Shown here one piece after another: positions 50,523 to 64,000 of a DNA stretch of 64,000 bases; positions within the stretch are counted from its first letter, which is position 1, and every line of letters begins with the position of its first letter. Below the pieces are notes generated by a model, which made no database searches, had not been told where the DNA came from, and saw nothing but the letters and a program-made list of their open reading frames with translations. Source of the stretch: Gnetum montanum (Eukaryota > Plantae > Gnetophyta); NCBI GenBank assembly GCA_015680685.1, contig MNCI01001630.1, positions 763,028-827,027 on the forward strand, in the 5' to 3' direction. Both the position numbers and the translations under genes were made by a program.

Positions 50523-53500
50523 ATGGCCTAGAATCACGGATCTGTGTCTGTCTAGGTTCCTGTCTTCAATGGAGAGAATTATGAGTATTAGGCAATTAAG
50601 ATATAGACATTCTTAATCTCATAGGATCTATGGGATTTTGTTGAGAATGGGTTCAAAGATGTTCATTAATAAAAATTTCAAGCCTTGGAGAACAAAAAAA
50701 ATAAAATAAAAATGAAGTCAATGAACTTTGCAAGAAAGATGCAAAGGCATTGTTCATCATTCAATCTAGGTTAGATGTGACAACCTTTCCCAAAATTGTT
50801 ATGCATTAAACCACCAAAGCTACATGGGATACAATGAAGATTGCATACAATGGACCATTAAAAGTTCATGTTATCAAGCTACAGGCATTAAGGAAAGATT
50901 TTGAATATTTATGCATGCTAGATTTAAAAATTATTGATTAATACATAGCTAATTTCAATAAGTTTGAAATGGACTTGAAGTCGGTGGAGAAATGCTTGAG
51001 GAAAAATGTGTTATTGAAAAGGTCCTTCGAAGTATAATAAGATGATATAATCCCATCATCATGGCTATTGAAGAAGCAAGAGATCTCGATAAAATGACCA
51101 TGGTTGAGCTAGTAGGAAGCTTAATGACATATGAGCAAAGGATTGTTGATCATGAAGATTCAATAGGAAATGCATTTTAAGCACAATTTCAAAGGACATC
51201 CAATCAAAATTAAAATCAAAGATTCTTAGGCAAATCCTCATTCAAAGGGCATGGAGGCAATCATGGCAAATCCAAAGGTCATGGTTGTGGAATATTAAAG
51301 CAATCAAGAGAAGGTAAGCATTATGATTTTTGTGGTACCAACACTTTGAATACTCCTAAATGTTGGTCAAGAAAGAAGTATGAAAAGAAAGGCAAAGCAA
51401 AAATTATAGAAAATGAAGATGAGCAAAAGGATTAATGAAAAGGTAAATAATTGTTTTGCATTGGAAAAGAAGAAGATCAACTCTTGATCTCTACAAAGAT
51501 ACTAGATGCTAGCAACAACAATCTTTGGTATGTTGATAGTGGGTGTAGTAATTGCATGATTGGGAATAAGAAATAGTTTTAAAATTTAGAAAAGTATGTT
51601 ACAAATGTAACTATAGGTAATGGAAAGAAGCTAATCATTACTAGGATTGGATCACTTGCCTTCACAACAACTTAAAGTAACAAATATATATCTACCAGAC
51701 TTATTATGTTCCAGATCTTTCAAAGAATTTATTAAGTGTTGGACAATTATGTCATAATGGGTATCTTATTGAATTTGAAAAAGATTTTTGTAAGATTTCT
51801 AAGGTTGATGATGACAAAGGTATTGTCATTATCCCCATTAGCAAGAATCAAATGTATCAGTGGTAAATGCAAAAGGATGTATATTGTCTCCTTATCACAA
51901 ATGACATAGCATGGTTATGGCATGCTTGATTAGGACATGTTAACTTTGGCTCATTGCAAAACATGCAAAAAGAAGAAATTGTAAGAGGTATGCCCAAATT
52001 TTCTTTGCCAAATAATCATAATTGTGGCATACATCAATTAGGAAAAATTACAAGGTTATCATTTCCTAGGAAAGGACATAGATCTCAATTAAAATTAGAT
52101 CTAGTTCATATGGATCTATGTGGTCCTATGCAAACATTGAGTCTAGAAAAAAACTAATATACGGTGATCATAGTGGATGATTTTTGAAGATTTTCTTGGG
52201 AACATTTGCTTAAATTAAAAGATCAAACATTGGGATTTTTTAAAGAATCCAAGGTTAAGGTAGAAAATCAAAGTTAGAATATTATCAAAAAAAATCTAGA
52301 TAGATTGTGATGGTAAGTTTTTATCAAATTAAGTTGATGAATATTATAAAAAATATGGGATAATTCATCAAATAATTACATCCTTTACTACTCAACAAAA
52401 TGGAACAACTAAAAGGAAAAATAGGACCATGGTGGAAATGGGAAGATGTTTACTTCAAATGAGTGGTTTGGATAGTAAGTTTTGAGTGAAAGCATGTTCA
52501 ACATCAATTTATATTTTGAATAGGATGCCATCAAGAGCCATTCAAGATAAAAAAGCCATTCAAGATAAAAAAGCCCTATAAATTTGGTATGGCTATCCAC
52601 CTAATATTTTTCATTTTAAACTTTTTGGTTTACCTTGCTATGTTCAAATTCCAATACAAAATAAACAAAAACTAGATAAAAGGGCAAGGCAATGCATCTT
52701 CATTGAATATTATGCTAATTCCAAATGTAATAGATGCTTGATTCTAAAGAAAAAAAAAAAAGGTTTTAGAATCATGTGATGTGATTTTTATGAAAAACAA
52801 CAACAATGTTAATAATATAGAAGAAGGAAACATTACAGAAAAAATATATAAAAAAGTAACTGTTCAGGTTTGGAGCTGGAAGACATATCATACATGTCGT
52901 CACATGGTGATTATTTCACCAAACTTATTCTGCCAATCCATCAATTCCCATATGATCGATATCACCTTCTTTAGGTAGCTACAGCCACTTGCTTGGAAAT
53001 AGTTTCGCCATTCTGGTATGCATCGTTCATCAATATTAAATCAGCACGCTGTACAACCACACCGTCAAATATCATGTGCAGCACCTGATAAAAATACTTC
53101 ATCTGCAAATACTCCAGGCCAGCAAGATGCATACACTGGTGTCCTCTCACGGTCTGCTGAAAAAAATAATGTTACTGCTGGAAAACAATCCTATAAAACT
53201 GTCCAGTCTCTTCTTCATTTAACTAGAGTATAATGTCCTCTGGAAGAATCCAACGTAGTTCGAAATATTCATCGTCTCCCTGCCAACACAATAACACAGT
53301 CGCAGCCATTCTTGCAGGCAGATTCTCCATCCAACCTTCCCAGTACACCTTGGCAGTTGGCACCATGCCATCATATTTCACTACCCCTACCACTTTCTCT
53401 TTTTGACGTACACATTTTCCGTATTTTGGTGTTAACATTTCACCTTTTATGGATTATGGTCTTGATCTAGCACAATAGCCTGCCTTTGCATCCAAACAGC

Positions 53501-55260
53501 GTCCACCAACCACGTTCTCATGTTCTACGAATGCTATGCACGTTGCACAATGGGATTTCACTCCATTTCCTTGGAGGACATTCTCCTACTATATCTTCAT
53601 CCCAAACTATCCTGTCATCTACCATCTTGGTAGCAATTTCCATTTCCGCTGCATCACAGGAAAACATAGTTTCTACAGATGCCAAACTTTTTTCCCTACT
53701 TACAAGTAGTTTGCTAGAATCCTCTTGGTTGTTGAAGCAACCCTGGATGGATGACCAATGGATTGATGTAATGGAGAAGGAGATTCATTAGATCAACAAA
53801 AATAACACATGGAATCTTGTGCCACATCCATTTGGTAAGCCTATTATTAGTTTAAAACGGGTCTTTAAAATTAAAAGAAATCAACCTCATGTGGTGGAAA
53901 AATTCAAAGCTCTTTTGGTTGCCAAAGGCTATCTACAACAACAAGGATGAGATTTTGAAGAAACCTTTGCTCTTGTTTCATGGATAGAATCTGTGATAAT
54001 CTTTCTTGCTATTGGTGCTCAAGTTAATCATGTAATTTATCAACTAAACATGGCCTCATATTTCTAAATGGCAATCTTAATGAAGAGGTTTACATGGAAT
54101 AACCCCATGCTTCATGGATGAAAAAAAAAAAAAAGAATTACGTCAACAAGCTTCATAAATAATTATGCGAGCTCAAGCAATCTCCACGTGTTTGGTATGC
54201 CTAGATTCATGTATTTTTTATCCAAACAAACAGGCTTCACAAATCTTCAATCCCAAACAACCATATATAAGAAGGTATTTGGTGATTATTATATTTCTAT
54301 TTGCTTATATGTTGATGAATTAATATATTTCTCATCTACAATTACATTAGTAAATAATTTTCTTAATGCCACTAAAAATGAGTTTGAAATATCTGACCTA
54401 GGAAAAATGTCATATTTTTTGAATTTTCAAGTTATGTAAAGACTTAAATTTATTTCTATATGCTAAATAAAAATTGGCCAAGCCTTAATTAGAAAATTTG
54501 GCATATCCAATAGTAATCCCTCAGATACACCACTCCCTTAGTACAAAACTTACCAAGGATGATACATCCCCATCCATTAATCATTTATTATATCCTTCCC
54601 TTATTGGTAGTCTCATGTATCTCTATAATACCCATCTAGATATTCAATTTGATGTGAATTATCTCTCTCTAGTAATGCAAAATCCACATGAATCACATTT
54701 AAAAACTACAAAGTGAGTTCTATGATACCTGAGAACTACAACAGATTATGAGATCATATTTCATTAGCATGAAAAATTCAAGATATGAGGATATACTAAT
54801 GTAGGTTGGGGAGGTGACGTTAAAGATCATAAGTCAACTTTAGGATTTTTTTTTCTTTGGTCCATTACTTATCTCTTGGGGATTAAAGGAGCAAACTATA
54901 GTTGCTCTCTCCATATTTGAAGTTGAATACATTGTTGCATCTAATGCTACTACATAGGTTGTATGAATTCACTTTATCTTTACAGAAATGGGATATACTT
55001 TAGATCCTTTGATTTATTTATGTTGTGATAGTATAAGTGGTATTGCAATGGTTCATAATCTTGTACATCATGGATGATTTAAACATATAGATATCAAGCA
55101 TCATCATCTAAAAAGCTTGATTCAAGACAACACATTTGGTCTAGTACAATGTGGGATTGAAGCTCAAATGACATATATTTTTACCAAGATTTTGAGCTGT
55201 GAGAAGTTCAAGTTCAAATCTTTTAGAGATTTCCTTGGAGTGAAATCTCTTACCATCCTT
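50523..55260 (+). pseudogene. copia gag-pol remnant
   Basis: Motifs PVFNGENY, WYVDSG, LVHMDLCGP, WNLVP, LYVD, SLIGSLMYL and KHIDIKHH, with many stops and frameshifts. Confidence 0.85.
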
Positions 55261-58086
55261 TTGGGGGGGGGGCGCGGGGCGGTGGTGTGGGTGGGNGAGG
55301 AGGGGAGGGTGTGGGTTATGGAATATGATGATTAGATGTTTCACAAAAGAATTAGATAGATCTTATTCTTTATTCTATGTTAAATTAGATGAGATCCTAC
55401 ACATGTATTTTCTATCTATTCCCATGATTACTTCATTCCCTATTAATAAGATCCTTAAATAAAATGATAAGAATCATCTCCATGATTTTCTATCACTACT
55501 TATCTCTCCAAATCTAGTCTTAGGAGATCAAGCCCTATATAATTATAGTAACATATGATCATTAGTAAGAGAGTTACACAAGAGTGTATATTTTTTTAAC
55601 TTAGTCTCTCATTTATTCTTAACTTAGATCTTAGATCCAAAACCCTTCAAGTTTTTGAGGGATTTATTTCATTTATTGTTTTATGTTTATCTTGAAACCC
55701 ATTCTTGAACATGTAACTCATTATAGTCCTCTCTTGGTGACTTTAACCCATTGCTTAACAAATGAACCTTCTTGTGGATACATGATACTATCATATCACT
55801 TAGAAAATCTACAAAAGAACTCATCTGCGAGATTTGGCAAGGTTTTACAGCCAATTGCTAACCTGATACTAATGTCCCTCCTTTCATATCTAAGTTTGGG
55901 ACCAACATTGGTGGAGTTGATACATGTTACATTATCCTTAGAAAATAATTATTGATTCTTACTTCTTGAAATTGCCCAAACCCTATGCTTTGTACCTATG
56001 AATACTTGGTAATGTTGGCTCTCTTGGCAACAATTGTACATTGCGCTCTCTCTAATAGTCTGCTCATGGCTATGCTTTGTAAATCTCTTAGCGATTTCTA
56101 GATTTGAACCTATTCTTGCTTAGTGAAGCTTTGATCTTAGTTGATCTCTCGAGGTAGAGAAAACGTTTTTGATTTTGTCAATTTTGATAAGTAGCTAACC
56201 TTATTGTTCTTGCTTTTCTTTTGTAATGATTTACATTGTTAATCTAATTATATTACTTATATTGTCAACCTAACCCTAGTTTTGATTAATTCTATAATTT
56301 TTTATTTTTATAAATTTACACATTGCATTTTGATTAGATCTTTCTGTTGTAACATTTGCTTTCGGTGACAATGTATTCATCTATTGTGACTTGGCTAGGG
56401 ATCATGATGAAAGTCACAACATGTTTTTGGAGCATTGCATTCAATTAGCATTAGGTGAGAATGGTGCATTTGGATGACATCCATTGGTGGATATTTTGGA
56501 TGTATATGTGCATATTCAATGTGTTGAGAATTCATTAATAGTCATTTAAGAGGACATAATCAATATAACATCTAGAGGCCATTGATGTGTGACTTGTTAT
56601 CAATGAAAAGTGTTTATGAGGTTATGAACTAACATATTGGCTTGAGGATTAAAGTTAGATTAGTATCATATCTCATTAGGATGTTGTAAGGAGCTAAGAC
56701 CTTAGGGTAGCTATAGGGTTGATGTTAGTCATAACATAACCCAATAGTTGGTTTAAATACAAGTGAGGATTTATAATTCGATAGTTGTTATTGTCTTGCA
56801 TGAGGGCTAGTTTTAGTTAGTATCAACTTTGTAGTTATTTGATTATTTGATGTTGGAAACCTCACAGAGGCACCATTGTTAATAGCAATTAAACCTTTAT
56901 GAGTAATTAATGTATTTATGATTAATTGTATGTTAACATTTATGGGGATATATATTTAAGTGACACTAACAATGTGTTTTTGTAGCTTGGACCTCACCTT
57001 TTGGTAATGCTTTAGGGAGCTTTTATATGATTTTCCTCTTTGGTGAAGATGTACTAATCCTTCCTACATGCATCCCAAGAAAATTTAGCTAAAAGCTTTA
57101 GAGAAGGTCAAGGTGTAGCTAGTAGAAGGATTAACATTGCATAAAAGCTAATTCCACTTATGTATTCTTGTTATGTTGATGTTCATATTATAGATTTATA
57201 TTTTGGGATATGAATGTGGAATTTTAATTTAACTGTGATTTATTTTATAATGAGGCCTAAGAGGGCAATTATGTGCTAACATGGATTCCTAAATTAACTC
57301 AAAGTTAACAATGAGAAGTTAGTCTAGTGGTAAGATACTTGATTTGGAAGCTCCAAGTCATGGGCTCGATTTGGAAGTTATTAAGTTTTAAGAATTATAT
57401 GCTTTTGTGCCTTGATAAGCATTTTGGTTATTCAAGAATCTATTATTAGGGTTAAGCTTTTATTTCTCATAACTTTAAGTGATTTTATACTTTATCTATG
57501 ATAAATTTCAAGGAGTGATAGTTACACTCTAAAAAAAGCATGAAATATGATGTTTGAACTTTCACATTTACTTCATTAAGTAAAAATATCTTTTGTTCTA
57601 TTTTTATAGTCTTTCAATTCTTTGCATTAAGCCATGGTTTTCAAATTGTGCATCCATATAACACAATGGAATAAATAACTCTTGGTTTGAAAGCTCCAAG
57701 TCATGGGTTTGATTTTGGTGGGTAATGCTAAGTTATAAAGTTCTAATTGGACTATATATCTTAGAGTGTACCTATATTGTAATGATTTCAGGGTTCCAAG
57801 ATGGTTCCTTCTCTTATCCCCCTCCCCTCGCTCCCCTTCCACCCACTCCCCAAAAAATAAGAAAAAAAAGGATAAATAATGATCTAAAAAGATTTTTTTG
57901 ACCTTTCAAGCCTAAAATCCTAATGACTTATATATATTTTTAATTGTTTGGACAACTTTTATTCTTCTTGTTATTATTTTCTTAATGCATTTATCCCATC
58001 TATAATTATTCACATATTGAAGACTTGAGCATCTAAAATAGTCTACAATTTATATATTCTAAACACCAAATTTAAAATTATACTAT

Positions 58087-59089
58087 TGATGAGTGGCGAG
58101 GTATCCCTACACTCAACCATACGAAACGAGCGTAGCATGCGTGATCCGGTCGAACTCCGTAGACTAAATGCCTACACGCCCCATGGAACACTTGGGGTTA
58201 ATCATTCGTTGTCTTCCCAGACTTACTTGTGGTTGTCACGGTGTATGGTTAAGTAAGTCTGAGGTATATGATTTTTATATCTTTTTAATGTTTTTCTCCT
58301 ATGCTATCGAGGTGAAGGATTGAGGAACTAACTAATTCTAACTAATGACTAAGTCTAAATTAACTAGCGTCAGCATCCATTCCCACTTACCGTACACACC
58401 TTGAATCGATGCAACCGCGGCTACCAAACGCTAATCGTTGCTGGGATCACCGCATGTAACGCACGTGCTTGAAGTGGTCGTACTGAGGCACTTAACTAGG
58501 AGGAAAGGGTTGAGAGGATCTATCTAGCCTAAGTGTGATGAGCAGCTAATTCCTTGACTAACCATACACATCTGGGACTACCACTGGGATTACTAAGCAT
58601 AGATCCTGAATACGCCACTGGGTTACCAAGTAGTCACACGAGATGCTCGTAATCAAGTTGTACTCATACCGCATGTGATGAGCAGCCGATTCCTTAACTA
58701 ATCGTACACATCCTTAGATGCTCGTAATCAAGTCATACTCATACTGCATTCTAGGAAAGCAATAAATAACATTTAAATAAAATCCTATTCCATGCACTGC
58801 AAGGTTTATCTAGGTAGTTCATCTTTATTGCCGTACACAACTTGTGTTCAGGTACAATGTTGCTCGAATAAAGATCTGTTCACTTTTAGGACTCCTACTA
58901 CGGGCACATGGAAAATATTCTATCTCTGGAGTGATCAAACTACCAGAGTTTCCCTACTTCTAACTTAGGATGGGAAATGAGGGGAGTGCCGCCTCTTATT
59001 TATAGATTTGGCGATGGACCACGATATTGCGTACGCGACATCGCAGGGGACGACGCGATATCACGGCTCATGAGAATCGCGTCTCATCA
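58087..59089 (-). repeat. 3' LTR (about 1003 bp) of the second Athila-like element
   Basis: Shares termini and internal blocks with 40808-41624. TATA CTATAAATAA at about 58996-59005. Confidence 0.88.
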
Positions 59090-61278
59090 TACCCCCATGA
59101 CTGAATGAAAACTCATCCTTGAGTTCCTTACAATAATATTGGAAAGGTATGGAATTATTGAGGGGAATTGAACTAATGGGATGACATGTGAATAGATCAT
59201 CATTACAAGACTTGACAAAACTGGTGTTCATGACAACAAGGGTGAACACCTTAGTACAATGACATTAGGCCATAGTTGGCAGCTGAGAAAGAAAGAGAGA
59301 TAGAGATTGAAGTGTTGCTGCTGCCAATGCCAAGACTGCGCCTTTGTTGTCCATCCGTAAGCGCACCATCGATCTTGCTCCTTGCATAGCTGCTTCAGCG
59401 CTACTCCATTCCAAGTGTTTGCTCTAGATCCAATCCGTTGTTTAAATGCTCGCCATCTACACACACAACACAATCTTATATTAGCAAGGGTAAGTGAATC
59501 ATCATTTAATTGATACCTTGCTTCGGTGTAGGTCCATTGGCTAGGTTGTGGTATGGCTAATACGGATCTGGGGATATATTAATGATGACTATCGAAGGTG
59601 TAGGGGTTAGGAAAAAAATCAAAAAATTCGGGGCAAGGAGAAAATCGAAAAAATCAGGCCCTGTACCCCCATGACTAATCGTGAACCTTTGGTAGCGTTA
59701 GAATGGAGAAGGAAAAGGAGTAAGAAAGATAGATAAAAAGGGACAACGGTAATGTCGATAAAGTGGATGTCAACATGGAAATGAACAAAAAGAAATTAGA
59801 TTACAAAAATGTTAGGGGAAAGAATTTAACTAATGCTCCAAATAGGAATGTCAGTGGGTCCTCCCCAAAGCAAGCTCATGCCCCTAATGCCCTGACAAAC
59901 CCACATTCAAAGAGTCCGTAGGCTCCAGGAATGTTATTTGGAACAAGAGTTAAAGTCTTAATTGCAAGAATTTACCAAAAAGAAAACAATGCATCAACCA
60001 AAATATATAGACTAATGATACAACTGGCAATGAGGTGAACAATGGAATGGAATGGAGAGAAGGATGGAGAGAAGAAAATGGAATGGAATCCCAAGAACAA
60101 GGTGGTGTACAGCCCCTTGTGTGTTTCATGATTAATGTGACTTAGCAAATCCCATTCCAAGTTGGGCCTCAAACCAACCCCATGCAGTGACTTCGCATCA
60201 ATGCATTCGGCTAAACCATCCACTTGGATAACAAGAATGCCTTCCCCGAGAGTCACCACCATTCTGACGAAACAAAGGAAAGAAAGGGAAGCGAGAAGGG
60301 CCTTAGTTAGAGGAAACACTTTTGGTTCCATAACCAGTGCTTGTAGGCCAGGTTTATTTCGTCTACGGGGTGTGCTTTGAATTCTCACTTTTCTTTTCTT
60401 TTTCTTCTTCTCTCTCTCTCTCTCTCTTTTGTTTTGTGTTTTTATGCGTGAGAACCACACCATGCAAAGACTTCTTATTTTTATTGTCTTAGCTTTCGAT
60501 AGTTGGGTAACATCGGAACGACAAGAAAACTCAAAAAGAAAACAGCCAAGCACCTAAGAGAACGGCCAACACAAAAGCATCAAGTTCCCTTGAAGTCACA
60601 CCCTTTGCAATCTTTGAGTCCTTCCTTAGTTTGAGAAATACCCAGTCACCGATTCGTTTAAGTTCTTATTAAGAAGAAGACTGTACATTTCCAAGCTGAG
60701 AGAGACCATAGAGTGTTGTGGACGGATGGATAAAGTGAACTCATTGCCTGTCATATCAAAAGAACATACCTTAGTATCAACATTGTGACTTAAAGGTAAA
60801 AATCAAACATTAGCAATCAATATGAAAACAGTTCATACCATTAGTTCGAACACTTATTGGATGACAAACTTACATGCTGGAACACACACACACACACACA
60901 CACAATGGAAAAAGTATAACGATGTTGTAAAACAAAAACAAGAAAAGTTAAAGAAAGTTGTAAAACAAAAACTAGAAACATTAAAGAAATTTGTAAAACA
61001 AAAATGTGTAAGAAAAAAATGTTGTAAAACAAAAACTTAAAAGAATTGAGGGCCCCATATGGTTAGCATAGGTGGCCATCTCCCCCATGACTGAGTGGAA
61101 AGGGAGAGATTTGAAATAATGAGCGTCTGTTTGAATTTCGTAGAAGGGCCCAACTTCTCCCAATTGATGATCTTAGATTAAGGGATGGAAGTTGGCGACA
61201 CTCATATTCCAATGTATATATGCTTTTGTTATGGGCATGGGTTTCCTTAGTTCATTCCATGCATATTTGGTTGCTCCT

Positions 61279-63946
61279 TCAAGTAGCTGTCAACCACGGG
61301 ATTTCTACTACTGGTTGTGTAGTTGCTACATACAGGCATTTTTGTTTCAAAGTTTCAAGAGCACACTTGTTACATGGAGGCATTTCCTCCATGTCATCAC
61401 CCAATGAATGACTATATGTGATGCATGGAACTTTCCTCTTCTTGATCTTTCCATAAATGTTTATCTTAGAAATTTCCAAGGAAAGATCGCGGATCCTAAG
61501 GCATGCATCTACTGTACTTAGCCATGCCCTTCCCATTATAATTGGGAAGTCCCCTTCGTTGTTGTTAACTTCAATCACTAGAAAATCAGCTGGGTAAGAC
61601 CAACCACATACAGTCGTGATGATGTCCTCCACCAATCCCAAGGGAATGGTGATGGACTAGTCTACCAGCTCTAGTTGAATGTTGCTCTTCTTAAGTTGGG
61701 GTAGGTTCCAGGCATGATACATCTCTCATGAAATTAAGCTAACTCCGGAACCTGAGTCAAGAAGAGCCCTATGTGGTTTATTTTTGGTGATTTGTAAATA
61801 GATTAAGGGACTCCTAGGGTCAGTTAGTTTCCTGGGAAGGTGGCCTACCTTGATCTAGTCAGTTACGGTATGCGTTAACATAACCGTATGCGTTAAGCTC
61901 TGTTGGACTGAAGGGTGCTCTAAAGTGTTAGATGGTGGAGGAGTGTACATGGGCTCAACCGCTTGTTGTTGCGAGAGTTTTTCTGGGCTTTTGGTTCTGA
62001 CGAAAGGTCTTCTCTTTTTACAGTTGTCAGAACCAGCAATGGGTTGAATATTTACAGCTCTCGCAGCATAATGTTGCTACGGTTGAGAAGGAAGTTCCCC
62101 TTGCATTGTTGGAGCAGGAGGTGTTATGGGAACTACTACTGGAGGAAGTGGTGTAGATGGATTTGGACGTTGGTGTGGGTATGGAGTGTCTCCGAGAGGA
62201 GAAGGAGTCCTTCGGAAGTACTCCCAAACTTGGTAGTGATGGTTGGGGGTTGTGTGACTCATAGAGTCACTTGGAGAAATCAACTGCTACACATAATATC
62301 CATAAGGGTCAGGCTGCCGGTAAGGGTACTGATGTTTCGGTGATGGCATCCCCCATGACTGTGGGTATTGCCACTGCTGATGCTGTCCGATGGGTTGTGG
62401 TGGAGTTCCATTTGGATAATACGTTAAGAGTTGGTGGAACTGCCTTGGGTTACCCTGTGGATAAGGTAACCTTCGGGGTGTTTGCCGTTGGTTGAGTCTT
62501 GGATTAAGCGCATACATCCTAGACTCCTGTAGATGTGAGATGATGGGGCAACATCCCTTAGGATGGTCATAGTGGCAGATCTCACATCCACCATCATCGT
62601 CTGTGTCAGAGTCCATAGCCATATCAGAGTTAGTGATTTTCCCCTTACCCTTGTTATGTGCATGGCTTAAATCTCTCCACTTTTTCTTACCTTTGTCACT
62701 ACTTTGTTCTACCTTAGACTCTTCTACAATTTTTAAGACAATTTCAATTTTAGAGTCTAAGGAACTCCATACGTCATCTACCTTAGCCACTATTTCTGTT
62801 GTGAGGTTTTGAAATGGCAAGGTCTTTCTGTTCACCAACTCTTCGATTGGTGATTCATCCTCTTCATCACAAAACTTCACTCCCTTCTTTCGAAGAGAGG
62901 GATCATGATTGTAGTCTTCCACACTTTCCCTTTTTTGTAGCTCACCTTCTTCTTTTGCTACTTATTCCAACAAGCTATGTACTTCATGGGCTCTAAGTTG
63001 TGAGAGTCTCCCTTGGGTGTAAGTTCCAAGGGTTCTTCTCGTTTCATGCCTTAACCCATCCACGATGTGGCGAAGTTGATCCCGCTGAGCGTACCCATGG
63101 CCTGGGCAACGATGTAACAATGTGTAGTAGCAGGCCATGGTCGCATCCAAGGGTTCATGAGTACCTTGCTTCTAGCCTTGGATCTGCTTACATAAATTGA
63201 ACACTTGGGGTACGTTTGATACTTTTCGTTGAACAGTTCTAGCATCATACTCCAACTCCTGATGGTTTTTGGTTCTAAAGACCGGTACCAACTCTTTGCT
63301 TCCTTGGTGAGTTTCCTTGGGAACAACTTAAGTTTTTGCCACTCATTTTCTATATTCTGCAAGGCACAGGCATCGTGGAATGCCTGTAAATGATTTTGCG
63401 GATCTGCATTGTATCCCCCTTCAAATGGTGGGATATTGTTCATGTCTAATCGTTTGATTCGACTATCTTTTAAATGCCTTGTGGGAATCCTAACTACCTC
63501 TGTTATGTCAAGCATACTTCGGGTTGCGTGTAGGGGCTCTTCATGATCATCTCTTTCATGACGCCTGTGATGTCTACGTTGTTCCCTACTCTCCCTATGT
63601 CCTTGCCCTTGTCCTCTCTCTCGACTTTCCCGTCGAGGTCTCTCATTTTTCTTACCTTTATCCTCTCCATTGTGTTCATGATGGCTGTGCCTAGATGTGG
63701 AAGGAGAGGGTGAGTGATGGGATGAAGGAGAAGAAGAAGGGAAACCATCGCCATGATGATGTTTCTTGCCTTCTCTTCGACTACTATGGCCCCGATTGTG
63801 GTGACGATCTTAGTGCCCGTCCTTAGCATGAGTGGTTGTTCCCTCTGTGAACAGTTGGTGTTCACGGGCATTAGAACCATGGTTATGTATCGTTGATCGT
63901 AGGTTTTGATACCCAACCTCCTCATCATTGTTAGGAGGGAGAACAT
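61279..63946 (-). pseudogene. gag and aspartic protease remnant
   Basis: ORFs 63051-63515, 62287-62922 (CEICHYDHPKGCC) and 61279-61641. Confidence 0.85.
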
Positions 63947-64000
63947 CGTTCGCTAAAGAACCCGTTATAAGGGGTTCCTCATCTCCTATTTCGCTAAGGA

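Larger units (their letters stand above)
40660..55655 (+). mobile_element. Heavily decayed Ty1/copia LTR retrotransposon; its 5' LTR is split by an Athila-like insertion
   Basis: LTR halves at about 40660-40807 and 50310-50468 match 55330-55655. PBS TGGTATTAAAGC (decayed Met-i) at 50471. Domain order gag, PR (WYVDSG), INT (LVHMDLCGP), RT (LYVDE), RH (KHIDIKHH). G-rich PPT at about 55263-55310. Outer boundaries are approximate. Confidence 0.88.
58087..64000 (-). mobile_element. Athila-like element related to 40808-50304, gag-protease only (internal RT-RH-INT deletion), running off the right edge
   Basis: 3' LTR at 58087-59089 (TGATGAG...CTCATCA) with PPT GGGGGTA. Gag DPQNHLQAF..KLFP..AKSWY and protease ALLDSGS / FPIIMGRAWL. 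The non-coding 3' region is homologous to 41625-43300. Confidence 0.9.

Noticed and set aside
57320-57720. tRNA-gene-like A/B boxes (similar ones at about 1360-1400 and 27862-27905)
   Set aside because: They cannot be folded into a cloverleaf; they are probably decayed SINE heads, too weak to annotate.
59972-60553. 193-aa ORF as an env-like gene
   Set aside because: It runs through microsatellite and poly-purine tracts and is not kept open in the homologous region of the sister element (about 42500-43060).

Overview
Eukaryotic land-plant nuclear DNA, probably from a large, TE-rich vascular-plant genome; the species cannot be determined from the sequence. One host gene is present. It is the 5' part of chloroplast SPPA (protease IV / signal peptide peptidase A) on the minus strand, with three coding exons (38475-38912, 25498-25681, 6747-6884) separated by introns of 12.8 kb, 18.6 kb and at least 6.7 kb. 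These introns hold four L1-type LINE copies, a solo LTR, SINEs and a Tat/Ogre-like Ty3/gypsy element. Upstream lies a nest: a decayed Ty1/copia element whose 5' LTR is split by a full-length Athila-like element, followed by a related gag-protease-only Athila-like copy. The standout is inside the Tat-like element (about 7546-18241), which has gag and protease but no RT/RH/INT. It carries a 7-exon, GT-AG-spliced gene on the antisense strand (7871-12315, 3471 nt, 1156 codons, no frameshifts, about 15 transition-type premature stops). The reconstructed protein joins an FCP1/NIF-like HAD phosphatase-fold domain lacking catalytic aspartates to a Transposase_32/Athila-ORF-like domain and a coiled-coil. 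The element's non-coding DNA contains about 20 copies of a TGCTACGCTA-like motif, and its leader has a duplicated covarying RNA structure. The local LINE family carries a similar Transposase_32-like extension downstream of RT. All domain assignments are by-eye motif recognition and need HMM or structure confirmation.
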